Under the pieces are notes generated by a model that ran no database searches, was not told where the DNA came from, and saw nothing but the letters and a program-made list of their open reading frames with translations. Shown here in pieces: positions 38,747-47,728 of a stretch of 64,000 nt of DNA. Position 1 is the stretch's first letter; each line of letters opens with the position of its first letter. Position numbers and translations under genes: made by a program. Where the stretch lies: IMG/VR virus record IMGVR_UViG_3300033551_000003, positions 815 to 64,814 of that record. One strand, given 5' to 3'. This DNA is from a virus (Duplodnaviria > Caudoviricetes).

Positions 38747-40905
38747 CCTAAGGCTATCCTAGCGGACCCCCCTCATCTAGGTACTGCTTGATGACCCTCC
38801 AGCGCTGCCACATATTGCTGCTTACCCAGCCAATAGCGAAACCCACAACGCAGCAGGCAATGATCCAAACCACGATCCAGTTAACCCCCGACAGTACAAA
38901 CTCGATAGCGTCCATAGGGATCACCCCATCCTGCTCGCGACCAACTCACGCTTGTACACATTGCAGCGCGAGCACTGATGCTGCTCGATCCACCAGCCCT
39001 TTGGTGCTTCCTCGTAAGGAAGCTGCACCCAGACGTGCCCGCGCAACCAGCATATTAGTCGTTTCATTAGTGCCAAGCTCCACAACTACACGGACCGGAA
39101 TTTGTGTCGCAGACTATTCCGCCGTTACGTCCATAATCTCGGTGTCCCTGTACAGTGTCAGCTACTTCCCTACACACAGGACATTTCTCATCAGCAAGCT
39201 GGGCGCGGAACGCCACGGTGCCTTCCCCCTTATTGTAGCCTTCGGTGGCAAAGTTGATCCTCATCCGCTTGCCGTTGCGGAACGTGGCCATGCCAAACGG
39301 GTGGGAGATCAGGTTCACTTGCATTTCGGCAGCTCCATCTTGGGAGCAATAAGCGCTGCAGTGAAAAGCGCTGGCCACACGGCAACGGCCGCGACCAACA
39401 CGAAAGGGTCAATCTCATTGCCGGGGCACCGCTTGAGCTGCGCGCCGAACGCGCCGCCAGCGATCAGACATCCCATGATCCAGTAGAGGAGCAGCCCGCG
39501 CATCCCTCACTCCAGCGTCAAGATCGGCCTTGCATGCGGTTGAGTAGCGCCGCAACCGCTTCGGCTTGTTCCTTGGTAAACTTGACGCCTTGCACATCGG
39601 CTACAAAAGGCCCTACGTGCCAGTCCTGGCAGGCGCGATGGCCGCAGTTACACCGGATAGCCTGGTAGTGGGTTGTGGTCATGGCGGCGCGCTCCATGTT
39701 ATACATACGCGCCGCCACCCAGTAGCTTAAGTGGCCATTCGGATCATGGCGTCGACACCAATTGATAAAATCCAACATGGTGGAGGCTGAGACCGCCATA
39801 TCACTTCCGTGTCATCTTGATGCGGAAGGCTTCTTCCTCTTCGGTCAGCTGCCTGCGCTTGCAAGGGGCGTACTTGATTAGCCTGTAGAGTGCGAGCAGC
39901 AGTACTGGTGTAGCTATCATCAGGTAGACCATAAAGATGCCTGTGCTCAGCGCCATGGACCCTGACCCTTCGGCTGTTGTATTGGACGCCGTGTAGCGGC
40001 ATCCCGCCATGTTGGCAGCAACCAACGCCGACATAGTGGCGCCTTAGTCTTGCCACGCGGGCGCTTGATCTTTACATGGATTTGCCTATGGGTCATTGCG
40101 GCGGCAACTCCGTGCTAGGCAACCGTACCACCCACTCTAGGATACGCTGTGCCACCCGCTCCAACTGGGACTGCCTGATTGCCAACTCGGGATCTTGCGA
40201 TGCCAGCAAGGCGACTGCTGCCTCCATGCATCGCATCCGCAGTTCTTGCTCGGGCATGACATCTCCTTCCCTAGATACGTTGTAGTGCTGCTACGAGCCC
40301 CTGACTTTCCATCCGTCCTCCGTTCCACCTAGCCACTACAACTAAAGCATACTGGGGCCAGGTCAAAGGCTATTTTGGTTCCATCATCTTCGGATAGACT
40401 GAAATAATCAAATTTTACCTGCAAGTATATCCTGGAATATCAATCATAGAATCTCATGAGAATCTTCATAGAATCCTTGAAATCATCTATTCTTCTCTAT
40501 TCCTCTTTGGTTCCTTATTCCTGAACCTGGGGTTAATTATGTCTCGGAGCATAGTGAGGCCTCCCCAGTGTGCTGCAAAAGCACAACTAGGGATCCTCAC
40601 TATGTGGAAGGAGTTAACCACGCCCCGTCACACAGTGTCGCTACATTTAATGTACACCCCGGAGGGTGTCCACCGCCGCGCAGGTCGTAGCGATTCGGCC
40701 GACCCTGCCTTGTGCGCAGCCTGCCCTTCGGTAGGCATTTCAACGCTGAGCCCCCAAGGTTACGAACCCCCAAGCTAGCTTCAGCGTCACCCTGCGTAGG
40801 ACCGATCAGTGCGTCAGTGCAAGAGTGGCAATCCGCCTATATGCTAAGTGCGCTATGGTCCTAGCCGCCTATTACATACTAGAGGGCTTTTGGGGGTACA
40901 AACCC

Positions 40906-40933
40906 TTGATTTCTTGCCGAAAATCACTATATT
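40906..40933 (+). promoter_or_regulatory. Sigma70-like promoter (TTGATT-N16-TATATT)
   Basis: Upstream of the AGGAG RBS and ORF at 40977; same pattern at 41319. Confidence 0.5.
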
Positions 40934-40976
40934 ATATGAGGCTAGCATCCCGCTAGCTAACTTAGGAGATTTGCCT

Positions 40977-41129
40977 ATGGAAAAGCGTTCTTGGCCGAGT
41001 GAGCGCGGCGTCGAAGATGCCGTTTATAAGCTCGTTACGGTGACCCCTCTTGATGAGGAAGAAATGCTGAACCTACTAAAGCGAGTGGCGGCGCGGGTCG
41101 CCGCTATCCCTAAGGTTAAAATCCGCTAG
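40977..41129 (+). CDS. Small hypothetical protein
   Basis: TTAGGAG RBS, ATG at 40977, followed by a terminator-like hairpin. Confidence 0.6.
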   Translation: MEKRSWPSERGVEDAVYKLVTVTPLDEEEMLNLLKRVAARVAAIPKVKIR

Positions 41130-41135
41130 TTAGCT

Positions 41136-41170
41136 CGGCCCCCGGCCTCGTGCTGGGGGCTTGGCTTTTA
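41136..41170 (+). terminator. Probable intrinsic terminator
   Basis: GCCCCCGGC-loop-GCTGGGGGC hairpin followed by TTGGCTTTT. Confidence 0.5.
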
Positions 41171-41318
41171 AGGTCCTCTGGACCCCTCCAGGGGGCCTTT
41201 TCACACACCCGCCCGTGTATGACTAGGTGAAGGGGGTCAGGACGGTGAAAATGGAGAAAATGCCCTAAAATGTGGGGTTTTTTGAAACATTTTTCTGTCT
41301 AAATCGACTAATATATAC

Positions 41319-41346
41319 TTGTTTTTTATCCAAAAAATCATATATT
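41319..41346 (+). promoter_or_regulatory. Sigma70-like promoter for the plus-strand arm (TTGTTT-N16-TATATT)
   Basis: AT-rich island at the start of the long plus-strand gene run. Confidence 0.5.
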
Positions 41347-41797
41347 AGGTGTATTAAAATCGTGGCAGGCACCCACGTTAAAAACATAGCCCAAGGCCCC
41401 TGTGAGGGGGCTACGCCCCTGATCTACAGGGGTGGGCGGCCCCCGCCCGGTTTAAGTGTTATTAGTTAGCGTACAGCGGGGGCAGGCGGGCGGTTCCCGT
41501 GAGCGTCCCACCTGATCCAGGGTGCGTTTCGCCGGTCGTCCCGGAAGAGAAACGGTCCCGGGCGTTGCCAAGAGAAGAAAAACAGTGTGACTAGAACGGT
41601 TTTGGATAGTGTAAACCGATTATCTGAAGCCGCGAGGGTCAGGCGATAGGACACCGAGAGGTGCACGCAAGATAGCGTGTTCTAGGCTGGACTGAAATAT
41701 CCAGGCCGACAACTATCTTGGGCCAGTGTGTTGGTAGGTGGTCCGCGATTTCTCTCTATACCTAGAGGGACGTGTGGACAAGCACACCCTTTAGGTA

Positions 41798-41862
41798 GCG
41801 AAACCGGGATAAAACCCGGTCTGCCGGTAAAGACCCTAGTCCGGCACCGATGAGCAAGGGTC
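41798..41862 (+). ncRNA. Type II hammerhead ribozyme HH1 (core CCGAUGA variant)
   Basis: GC-GAAA-CCGGG/CCCGG-UC-stem I-CCGAUGA-GC; GACCCU/AGGGUC pseudoknot. Confidence 0.8.
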
Positions 41863-41878
41863 AATTAGGAGCAAAATC

Positions 41879-42121
41879 ATGACTACCAAATCTGATGACG
41901 TTTACGGCCTCATTACCTGGGGCGTGGACGTGAAGGAATTCAATACCTTGAAAGCCGCCCAAAAGGCACTCGCTACCAGCGAGTATTCGGCGGCGATCTT
42001 CAAAGGTCCGCGTGGCGAAGTCTGCGGTGGCGAGCAAATCGCCGAGAACGACAAGCCCGAGGCCCCTTGGGAACTGACGAGGAAGACCATCGCGAAGAAC
42101 CTCAAGGTCGAGCGAATCTGA
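41879..42121 (+). CDS. Hypothetical early protein
   Basis: AGGAG RBS directly after HH1. Confidence 0.7.
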   Translation: MTTKSDDVYGLITWGVDVKEFNTLKAAQKALATSEYSAAIFKGPRGEVCGGEQIAENDKPEAPWELTRKTIAKNLKVERI

Positions 42122-42135
42122 CCTCGCCCCAAGAA

Positions 42136-42201
42136 GCGAAACCGGGGTACGCCCCGGTCTGCCGGTAATGATCCTAGTCCGGCACTGATGAGCACGGATC
42201 A
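42136..42201 (+). ncRNA. Type II hammerhead ribozyme HH2
   Basis: GAAA, GUC, CUGAUGA; UGAUCC/GGAUCA pseudoknot. Confidence 0.9.
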
Positions 42202-42216
42202 ATTAGGAGAATACCA

Positions 42217-42414
42217 ATGAAAGTCGTTCTATTTAACGCAACAAAGACGTTGATGACTGAACTTCATATACCAGTCAACAGAAAGGCTGAGATAATTGTC
42301 TATGATGGAGCAGTATTTGTGCTCGCTGAGACTCCGGCAGAGATTAAGGAAATCTGCTACGTCCAAGAGTCCAACACTGTATTCGTAGACCCTTATGAGC
42401 AGCCTGTACATTGA
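42217..42414 (+). CDS. Hypothetical early protein
   Basis: RBS after HH2. Confidence 0.7.
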   Translation: MKVVLFNATKTLMTELHIPVNRKAEIIVYDGAVFVLAETPAEIKEICYVQESNTVFVDPYEQPVH

Positions 42415-42480
42415 GCGAAACCGGGGTAAAACCCGGTCTGCCGGTAATGATCCTAGTCCGGCACTGATGAGCACGGATCA
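42415..42480 (+). ncRNA. Type II hammerhead ribozyme HH3
   Basis: Near-identical to HH2. Confidence 0.9.
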
Positions 42481-42495
42481 ATTAGGAGAATTAAA

Positions 42496-42753
42496 ATGAC
42501 TTATTATCCAAGATTGAGTGTTACCACACCAATTAGTCTTGAGTACCTCAACAACCACGTACCCCAAAAGGTCGTGAAGGAGGTCCTCAAAAAGTTCGGA
42601 ATAAGCGATCAGGTGATAAGCCTGGTCGACTGGAACAAATCGCGATTCCCCGGAGTCGCGTTTGAGCAGGCCTGCCCACGCTTGAAGAACGTGTGGGACT
42701 GGCCGACCTATGACACACCATTTATGAGCAGCCTGAAGCGAAACCGGGTTTAA
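42496..42753 (+). CDS. Hypothetical early protein
   Basis: RBS after HH3; stop in the stem III hairpin of HH4. Confidence 0.7.
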   Translation: MTYYPRLSVTTPISLEYLNNHVPQKVVKEVLKKFGISDQVISLVDWNKSRFPGVAFEQACPRLKNVWDWPTYDTPFMSSLKRNRV

Positions 42754-42802
42754 CCCGGTCGCCAGAGAAACTGATCCCACCCTGGCCTGATGAGCAGGGA
42801 TC
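42738..42802 (+). ncRNA. Type II hammerhead ribozyme HH4
   Basis: GAAA/GUC/CUGAUGA; GAUCCC/GGGAUC pseudoknot. Confidence 0.88.
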
Positions 42803-42821
42803 GTTTTAGGAGAAGAAAACC

Positions 42822-42965
42822 ATGACTACGAAGGAAAAGGTTGTTACCGCGTCCACCGCTCTGGGCGGATTCCTGGCCTACATCATCGTGGCGACCACCA
42901 TCAATCAGGTCATCGCGAGTGTGGTCAACGGAGCCGTCCAGAAGTACGTGTTCAAGACGAGCTAA
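42822..42965 (+). CDS. Small membrane protein (47 aa)
   Basis: MTTKEKVVTASTALGGFLAYIIVATT...; RBS after HH4; below the ORF-track cutoff. Confidence 0.6.
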   Translation: MTTKEKVVTASTALGGFLAYIIVATTINQVIASVVNGAVQKYVFKTS

Positions 42966-42986
42966 CAACGGGGCCAGGAGGCCCCC

Positions 42987-43051
42987 GGCCACAATGATCC
43001 ACCTCTACGCGGTGTGGCTAGAAACGGTTCAAGGGAACCGGCTAACGGATC
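42987..43051 (+). ncRNA. HDV-like ribozyme 1
   Basis: P1 GGCCAC/GUGGCU with G.U at position 1, P2 GAUCC/GGAUC, P3 ACC/GGU, L3 UCUACGC, P4 CGGUUC/GAACCG, J4/2 GCUAA. Confidence 0.8.
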
Positions 43052-43068
43052 AATTTAGGAGAAGTAAA

Positions 43069-43341
43069 ATGTGCAATACACACTTAACGCAGTTTAAGCT
43101 GCGTTGCACCCGAGGGGATGTTGATATTTTTGACGGCCCCGATGGAGTGTACTGGCAGAGTATCATCTACCGAGAGGAAGACGGGTACTTCTGCGAGCCG
43201 TGCAACGGCCCCTTCAAAACGGCGGCCGAAGCACTAATGCATGCCTACCCCATCTTGGAGCATACCAGATGGCTGTTGGCAAACGATGTTTTCGAATTCA
43301 AAGCCTACAATGAAGTGGGCACAACCAAAATGGGGGAATAA
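43069..43341 (+). CDS. Hypothetical early protein
   Basis: AGGAG RBS after the HDV-like ribozyme; start MCNTHL. Confidence 0.65.
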   Translation: MCNTHLTQFKLRCTRGDVDIFDGPDGVYWQSIIYREEDGYFCEPCNGPFKTAAEALMHAYPILEHTRWLLANDVFEFKAYNEVGTTKMGE

Positions 43342-43348
43342 ACCCCCT

Positions 43349-43413
43349 GGCAGCAACGATCCACCTCTACGTGGTGTGGCTAGAAACGGTTCAAGGGAAC
43401 CGGCTAACGGATC
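43349..43413 (+). ncRNA. HDV-like ribozyme 2
   Basis: Near-identical copy; P1 5' strand GGCAGC has one mismatch. Confidence 0.7.
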
Positions 43414-43430
43414 AATTTAGGAGAAACCAG

Positions 43431-43583
43431 ATGACTAAGAATAGTCGTGAGACCAAGCCGCAGAAGCGGGAGGATCTCAAACTGGAAAGACCAGATTACA
43501 CGCTTTCGGTGAAGGAAGAGCAAAAAAGCCCAACCGAGATATGGATGAGGCTTACATTCAAACCAAAGCGAAACCCGCAGTAA
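43431..43583 (+). CDS. Small hypothetical protein
   Basis: RBS after ribozyme; stop within HH5 stem III. Confidence 0.6.
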   Translation: MTKNSRETKPQKREDLKLERPDYTLSVKEEQKSPTEIWMRLTFKPKRNPQ

Positions 43584-43632
43584 GCGGGTCTGCCGGTAAA
43601 GACCCTAGTCCGGCACTGATGAGCAAGGGGTC
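43568..43632 (+). ncRNA. Type II hammerhead ribozyme HH5
   Basis: Stem III CCCGC/GCGGG covaries; CUGAUGA. Confidence 0.9.
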
Positions 43633-43647
43633 AATTAGGAGAAACCA

Positions 43648-43911
43648 ATGCCTACAGAAATCGAAGTTGAGTTCGACTGTGACAGCGAACTGGTGACCAG
43701 AGCCAAGGCTGTCGTTGGAGCCTTCGGAGGTGTGGTTTTGGACGTATTCCACGTTACCGCTGATAATGAGATCGTTGACGATCAGCCAGCGGATGATGGG
43801 TGGACTTTTATGTCCTTTAACATTTCCGACGACCAGGCCCATAACGCCGCCGTAGCTTTGAGCGCTGCCGGGTACGACGTGGTCGTCCACGTGTACCCAG
43901 CTGAGCACTAA
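43648..43911 (+). CDS. Small acidic alpha/beta protein
   Basis: RBS after HH5. Confidence 0.7.
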   Translation: MPTEIEVEFDCDSELVTRAKAVVGAFGGVVLDVFHVTADNEIVDDQPADDGWTFMSFNISDDQAHNAAVALSAAGYDVVVHVYPAEH

Positions 43912-43912
43912 A

Positions 43913-43972
43913 AGTCGAAACCGGGAACCAACCCGGTCGCCTGGTTAGAACCAGGCCTGATGAGACTTAACC
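43913..43972 (+). ncRNA. Type II hammerhead ribozyme HH6
   Basis: GUC-GAAA...GUC-GCCUGG/CCAGGC-CUGAUGA-GAC. Confidence 0.9.
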
Positions 43973-43992
43973 CAAATTTAGGAGAATGAAAC

Positions 43993-44241
43993 ATGACAAA
44001 ACGATCAACCGTTGAACTTACCTTCCAGGGTTACGACCCTAAGAAGGACGACAAGGCGATTAAGATCGCCGAGAAGTTCGGTGGGGAGCTTCTGGGAACC
44101 GGCGTGTGGATCAATGGTCCGCAAGCCGACCTACGGGACATGGAGTTTGCATTTCCAACCACGAAGGCCAAGGCAGCAGCCAAGGCCCTTAAGGAGGCAG
44201 GCTTCAAAGTCGAGGCTCCCCGGACTTACGAAGACGACTGA
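43993..44241 (+). CDS. Small alpha/beta protein, paralog of 44331-44582
   Basis: GGELLGTG...RDMEFAF vs ELGSGAGFGFRDHDFSF; both end in YE(E)DD. Confidence 0.7.
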   Translation: MTKRSTVELTFQGYDPKKDDKAIKIAEKFGGELLGTGVWINGPQADLRDMEFAFPTTKAKAAAKALKEAGFKVEAPRTYEDD

Positions 44242-44247
44242 AAAATC

Positions 44248-44316
44248 GTCGAAACCGGGATAAAACCCGGTCTGCCGGTGAGAGACCCTATTCCGGCACT
44301 GATGAGACACGGGTCT
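44248..44316 (+). ncRNA. Type II hammerhead ribozyme HH7
   Basis: Full core; AGACCC/GGGUCU pseudoknot. Confidence 0.9.
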
Positions 44317-44330
44317 TTTAGGAGAATACC

Positions 44331-44582
44331 ATGAAAAGCAAACGAAAGACTATTGACGTGTCATACCCTCTTCCGCTTAACGAGGAATACGATGATGCTG
44401 TCTGTGACGTGGCCAAGGACCACTACGGACAGGAGCTTGGAAGCGGTGCAGGTTTTGGATTTCGAGATCACGATTTTTCGTTCTCGGCCAAACGCGCCGA
44501 CCAGGCTTACAAAGCCTTCAAAGCGCTGCCCATCAAGGGCATCGAGGTTTCCGAACCTTATGAAGAAGAGGATGATGACTAA
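44331..44582 (+). CDS. Small alpha/beta protein, paralog of 43993-44241
   Basis: See paralog; RBS after HH7. Confidence 0.7.
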   Translation: MKSKRKTIDVSYPLPLNEEYDDAVCDVAKDHYGQELGSGAGFGFRDHDFSFSAKRADQAYKAFKALPIKGIEVSEPYEEEDDD

Positions 44583-44584
44583 AA

Positions 44585-44646
44585 GTCGAAACCGGGCTAG
44601 TCCCGGTCGCGTGGAGATGGTCTCCCACGCCTGATGAGACAGACCA
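44585..44646 (+). ncRNA. Type II hammerhead ribozyme HH8
   Basis: Stem I GCGUGG/CCACGC; UGGUCU/AGACCA pseudoknot. Confidence 0.9.
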
Positions 44647-44664
44647 ATTTAGGAGAACACAAAC

Positions 44665-45315
44665 ATGAAAATAATACACGTTAGATTCGTCTACACGCCC
44701 ACCGAGAGAAGGCCCGAAAAAGAACGCGAAGTTCTGAAAGCCATCAAGCAACTCGGGGGCAAGGACATCAAACAGGAAACCGAAGAAATTAGCCTCGTGT
44801 ACTCCCACGAAATTCGCTTCTCCATCGAGGACGAGGCGAGTGAGGTGGCAACTGCTGCTATGCGGCAGTTCGTAACCAAGGAGAGTAGAGGGGGTTGGGG
44901 TAACTACAAGTCGTTTAGTATTGTTGTATTCGGCCCCTACTCCCCAGAAGAGGACCCTGACGCTCCTGCCCGGCTCCCGCCAAAGGTTGCGCTGGCTCTT
45001 GAAGCCACTGCGCGCTACGAGGCGCGTGACGGGTCGGAGGAGGAGCTTAAATCCTGGATGGACAGCCTAACCAACGGCGACATCCCGAAGCACCAGGGTT
45101 CCAATCCCAAGAACGCGGTGATTGACTATCAACGCGCCGAGCGGTTTTTACAGACCCTCACCGATGAGCAAATCTCGACGATGGCACTAGGCGTTTACGA
45201 CTACTCCGAAGGGGAGCGTTGGAAACGCGCCTTGCCTCTGTTCGAGCATTCGGAAGAGGGTGTGTATGCTGCTTGGGCGCTACACGCCATGTTCTGGGAA
45301 GTTTGGGGCTCCTAA
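44665..45315 (+). CDS. Hypothetical protein
   Basis: RBS after HH8. Confidence 0.7.
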   Translation: MKIIHVRFVYTPTERRPEKEREVLKAIKQLGGKDIKQETEEISLVYSHEIRFSIEDEASEVATAAMRQFVTKESRGGWGNYKSFSIVVFGPYSPEEDPDAPARLPPKVALALEATARYEARDGSEEELKSWMDSLTNGDIPKHQGSNPKNAVIDYQRAERFLQTLTDEQISTMALGVYDYSEGERWKRALPLFEHSEEGVYAAWALHAMFWEVWGS

Positions 45316-45325
45316 AGCCCCAAAT

Positions 45326-45391
45326 GTCGAAACCGGGCTTAGTCCCGGTCGTCGGGAACCTGATCCTACCCGGCTTGAAAAGACAGGATCA
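45326..45391 (+). ncRNA. Type II hammerhead ribozyme HH9 (core UUGAAAA, U3-A8)
   Basis: Stems and pseudoknot intact; compensatory 3-8 pair. Confidence 0.8.
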
Positions 45392-45414
45392 TAACCTCCA
45401 CTTAGGAGAGAACT

Positions 45415-45765
45415 ATGTCTAATATCGAAAGCACGACCACGAAGCCGACCAAGAAGGCCTCGCCCCCGAAGAAGGTGAAGGACGTGGCTCCGGTCCCCCA
45501 GACCGAGCCCAAGGCAACGCCCCCCAAGGCTGAGCCCAAGGTGTCGCCCCCCAAGGCCGAGACCAAGGCCGACGGCAAGGCCGCTCCGAAGAGCCCCAAG
45601 ATCACGCTCCTCGCGAAGGAGTGCCCCTCCAAGAAGGGCACCAATCGTGCGAAGCGCTGGTCCAAGCTCGAGAACGGCATGACCGTCGCCGAGGCTCGCG
45701 AGGAGGGCGTTCCGTCCAGCTACCTTAATCGTATGGCGGATGCCGGCCACCTCAAGATCGGCTGA
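45415..45765 (+). CDS. Pro/Lys-rich protein with C-terminal domain shared with 30416-31048
   Basis: PPK repeats; AKECPSKKGT...GMTVAEAREEGVP. Confidence 0.7.
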   Translation: MSNIESTTTKPTKKASPPKKVKDVAPVPQTEPKATPPKAEPKVSPPKAETKADGKAAPKSPKITLLAKECPSKKGTNRAKRWSKLENGMTVAEAREEGVPSSYLNRMADAGHLKIG

Positions 45766-45769
45766 GCGT

Positions 45770-45849
45770 GTCGAAACCCTGGGAGGGGGCAATCCCCCTC
45801 CCTTGGTTTGCTGGAACCTGGTCCTACCAGCACTGATGAGACAGGACCA
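45770..45849 (+). ncRNA. Type II hammerhead ribozyme HH10 (GUU site, long stem III)
   Basis: CUGAUGA core; UGGUCCU/AGGACCA pseudoknot. Confidence 0.8.
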
Positions 45850-45864
45850 ATTTAGGAGTTTCAC

Positions 45865-46233
45865 ATGAAACAGGAAGTTGCCGAAGCGTGGGTCAAGGAC
45901 CTACGCGAAACTACTGCAAAGCAAACCTCGGGCATGCTATTCGACGGTGTAGGCTATTGTTGCCTGGGCCGTTTGTGCGTCGTGCTCGGCGTTGGGTTCA
46001 CACGTGCCCCCGATGACTCCGAGTGGTATTGGCTAATCGACGACGGCTCTGGAAAGGGCGACGTTTTGTCCCAGTCCGTTACAGACGAGGCCGGGATGAA
46101 GTCGAAGACTGGAATATTCTGCGAGCCTGATAAGCCGGAATACCAGCCATTCGACCTTGCCCAGCTTAACGACCAGGGCAAGACGTTCAAAGAGATTGCC
46201 GACATCATCGAAAAGTATTGGGAGCAGATATGA
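45865..46233 (+). CDS. Conserved-type phage protein (YCCLG...LND.G.TF.EIAD.IE)
   Basis: Recognisable phage hypothetical motif; RBS. Confidence 0.75.
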   Translation: MKQEVAEAWVKDLRETTAKQTSGMLFDGVGYCCLGRLCVVLGVGFTRAPDDSEWYWLIDDGSGKGDVLSQSVTDEAGMKSKTGIFCEPDKPEYQPFDLAQLNDQGKTFKEIADIIEKYWEQI

Positions 46234-46236
46234 ACC

Positions 46237-46302
46237 GTCGAAACCGGGGTACACCCCGGTCTGCTGGAACCTGGTCCTACCAGCACTGAGGAGACAGGAC
46301 CA
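46237..46302 (+). ncRNA. Type II hammerhead ribozyme HH11 (CUGAGGA)
   Basis: Full core and pseudoknot. Confidence 0.9.
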
Positions 46303-46573
46303 ATTTAGGGGATACACAATGATTCGTGATATCGTAACTGAACTGGCCGCGTTGTGCTACATCGTGGCCATCACTGGCGCCATCGTACTAACGGTGGTTG
46401 CCTTCCTCGGACAATAGAGGAGAAGACAAAATGGAAATTCGAATGAGCCCTGCGGACTTGGAGATGGTAATTGATGCACTGGCGTATGCACGTTGGTACT
46501 CTGCCACTAGCAAAGAGGAAGAGGACGGCTACTCCGTGCTTATCGAACATCTCAAGCTCCAACAGGACAACCA

Positions 46574-46639
46574 GTCGAAACCGGGGGAATAACCCCGGTC
46601 TGTCAGGAATGAGCGCCCTGGCACCGATGAGACAGCTCA
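46574..46639 (+). ncRNA. Type II hammerhead ribozyme HH12 (CCGAUGA variant)
   Basis: UGAGC/GCUCA pseudoknot. Confidence 0.8.
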
Positions 46640-46657
46640 AAATTAGGAGAATGAAAC

Positions 46658-47152
46658 ATGAATACCGCTGTACAAGACAGCACACCAAACACAATAGCCA
46701 CCATCACAAAGTGGTGGCAAGGCATAATCGAGGCGAGTACTGCGTGTCTGTTCGGCTGGGCGTTCAGATTCCCAGACGTGCAGGAAGCAGTACTCATTCG
46801 CATCAAGTGTGGGACACCGTTGGGCGAGGCCCTTGACAGCTTTGTCGAAGACAAGCTCGTCGACCTCGACGCTCGCGACATCAACGGGTTCGAGGAGTCC
46901 GTCGAAAAGATAGTCGATTCGGCTGTCGACGACGCTCTCAAGAACCTGGACGACGACATCGACACCGCCGTGGCAAACGCGCTCGGCGATATTGATGAGA
47001 AGGTCGAAGATGCTGTCGAGGAAGCATTCAATAAACTGGCTATCACCGATACGGTGACACGGATTATTGAAGGCATGGCCGCGAATAAGGACCACGACCT
47101 GGTCCGGCTGATCGCCCACCGTGTCTCTGAATTGTCGAAACCGGGGGAGTAA
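46658..47152 (+). CDS. Acidic helical-repeat protein
   Basis: Repeats (AVDDAL, AVANAL, AVEEAF); stop in HH13 stem III. Confidence 0.7.
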   Translation: MNTAVQDSTPNTIATITKWWQGIIEASTACLFGWAFRFPDVQEAVLIRIKCGTPLGEALDSFVEDKLVDLDARDINGFEESVEKIVDSAVDDALKNLDDDIDTAVANALGDIDEKVEDAVEEAFNKLAITDTVTRIIEGMAANKDHDLVRLIAHRVSELSKPGE

Positions 47153-47198
47153 CCCCGGTCTGCCAGAGATGAGCGCCTGGTACTGATGAGACTGCTCA
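47134..47198 (+). ncRNA. Type II hammerhead ribozyme HH13
   Basis: Full core. Confidence 0.88.
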
Positions 47199-47216
47199 AA
47201 TTAGGAGGTAAGACCA

Positions 47217-47648
47217 ATGGCAAAGACTAAGCCAGCTTACATCACTCGTAAGCTAACGGTCGCCGACGCGGTTAGCGAAGCCTACTCAATTCTAGAGGAG
47301 CTCGCTGGCGAAATGCGGGAGGCCTTTGATAACACTCCCGAGAGTCTTCAGCAGAGTGCCGTGGGCGAAGCCCGCGAAGCTGCTGCCGATGCTCTCGAGG
47401 GGTTGTCAGAGCCCAACGTACTTGATGAATTGGGCCGACTGGAGTTCGAATACACCGAACCCCCACCCAAGCGCAAGCAGTCCCGCCGCGATCGTCGTGA
47501 TCAAGCCACCGCCTTGTTGGGTGCCGTTATAGCGGTAGTTGACAATGTCGATGACGAGAACGCCGATGACGCCGTCGAGCTCCGCGATGAATTGGATGAC
47601 TTGACGTCAGAAGCAGATGCCGTCGAGTTTCCAGGCATGTACGGCTAA
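47217..47648 (+). CDS. Acidic helical phage protein
   Basis: DNTPESLQQS; C-terminal VEFPGMYG. Confidence 0.75.
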   Translation: MAKTKPAYITRKLTVADAVSEAYSILEELAGEMREAFDNTPESLQQSAVGEAREAAADALEGLSEPNVLDELGRLEFEYTEPPPKRKQSRRDRRDQATALLGAVIAVVDNVDDENADDAVELRDELDDLTSEADAVEFPGMYG

Positions 47649-47651
47649 CCA

Positions 47652-47719
47652 GTCGAAACCGGGGTAAGTCCCCCGGTCACCTGGAAACCGGTCCTACCAG
47701 GTCTGAGGAGACAGGACCG
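47652..47719 (+). ncRNA. Type II hammerhead ribozyme HH14 (CUGAGGA)
   Basis: Stem I ACCUGG/CCAGGU; CGGUCCU/AGGACCG pseudoknot. Confidence 0.88.
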
Positions 47720-47728
47720 ATTAGGAGA

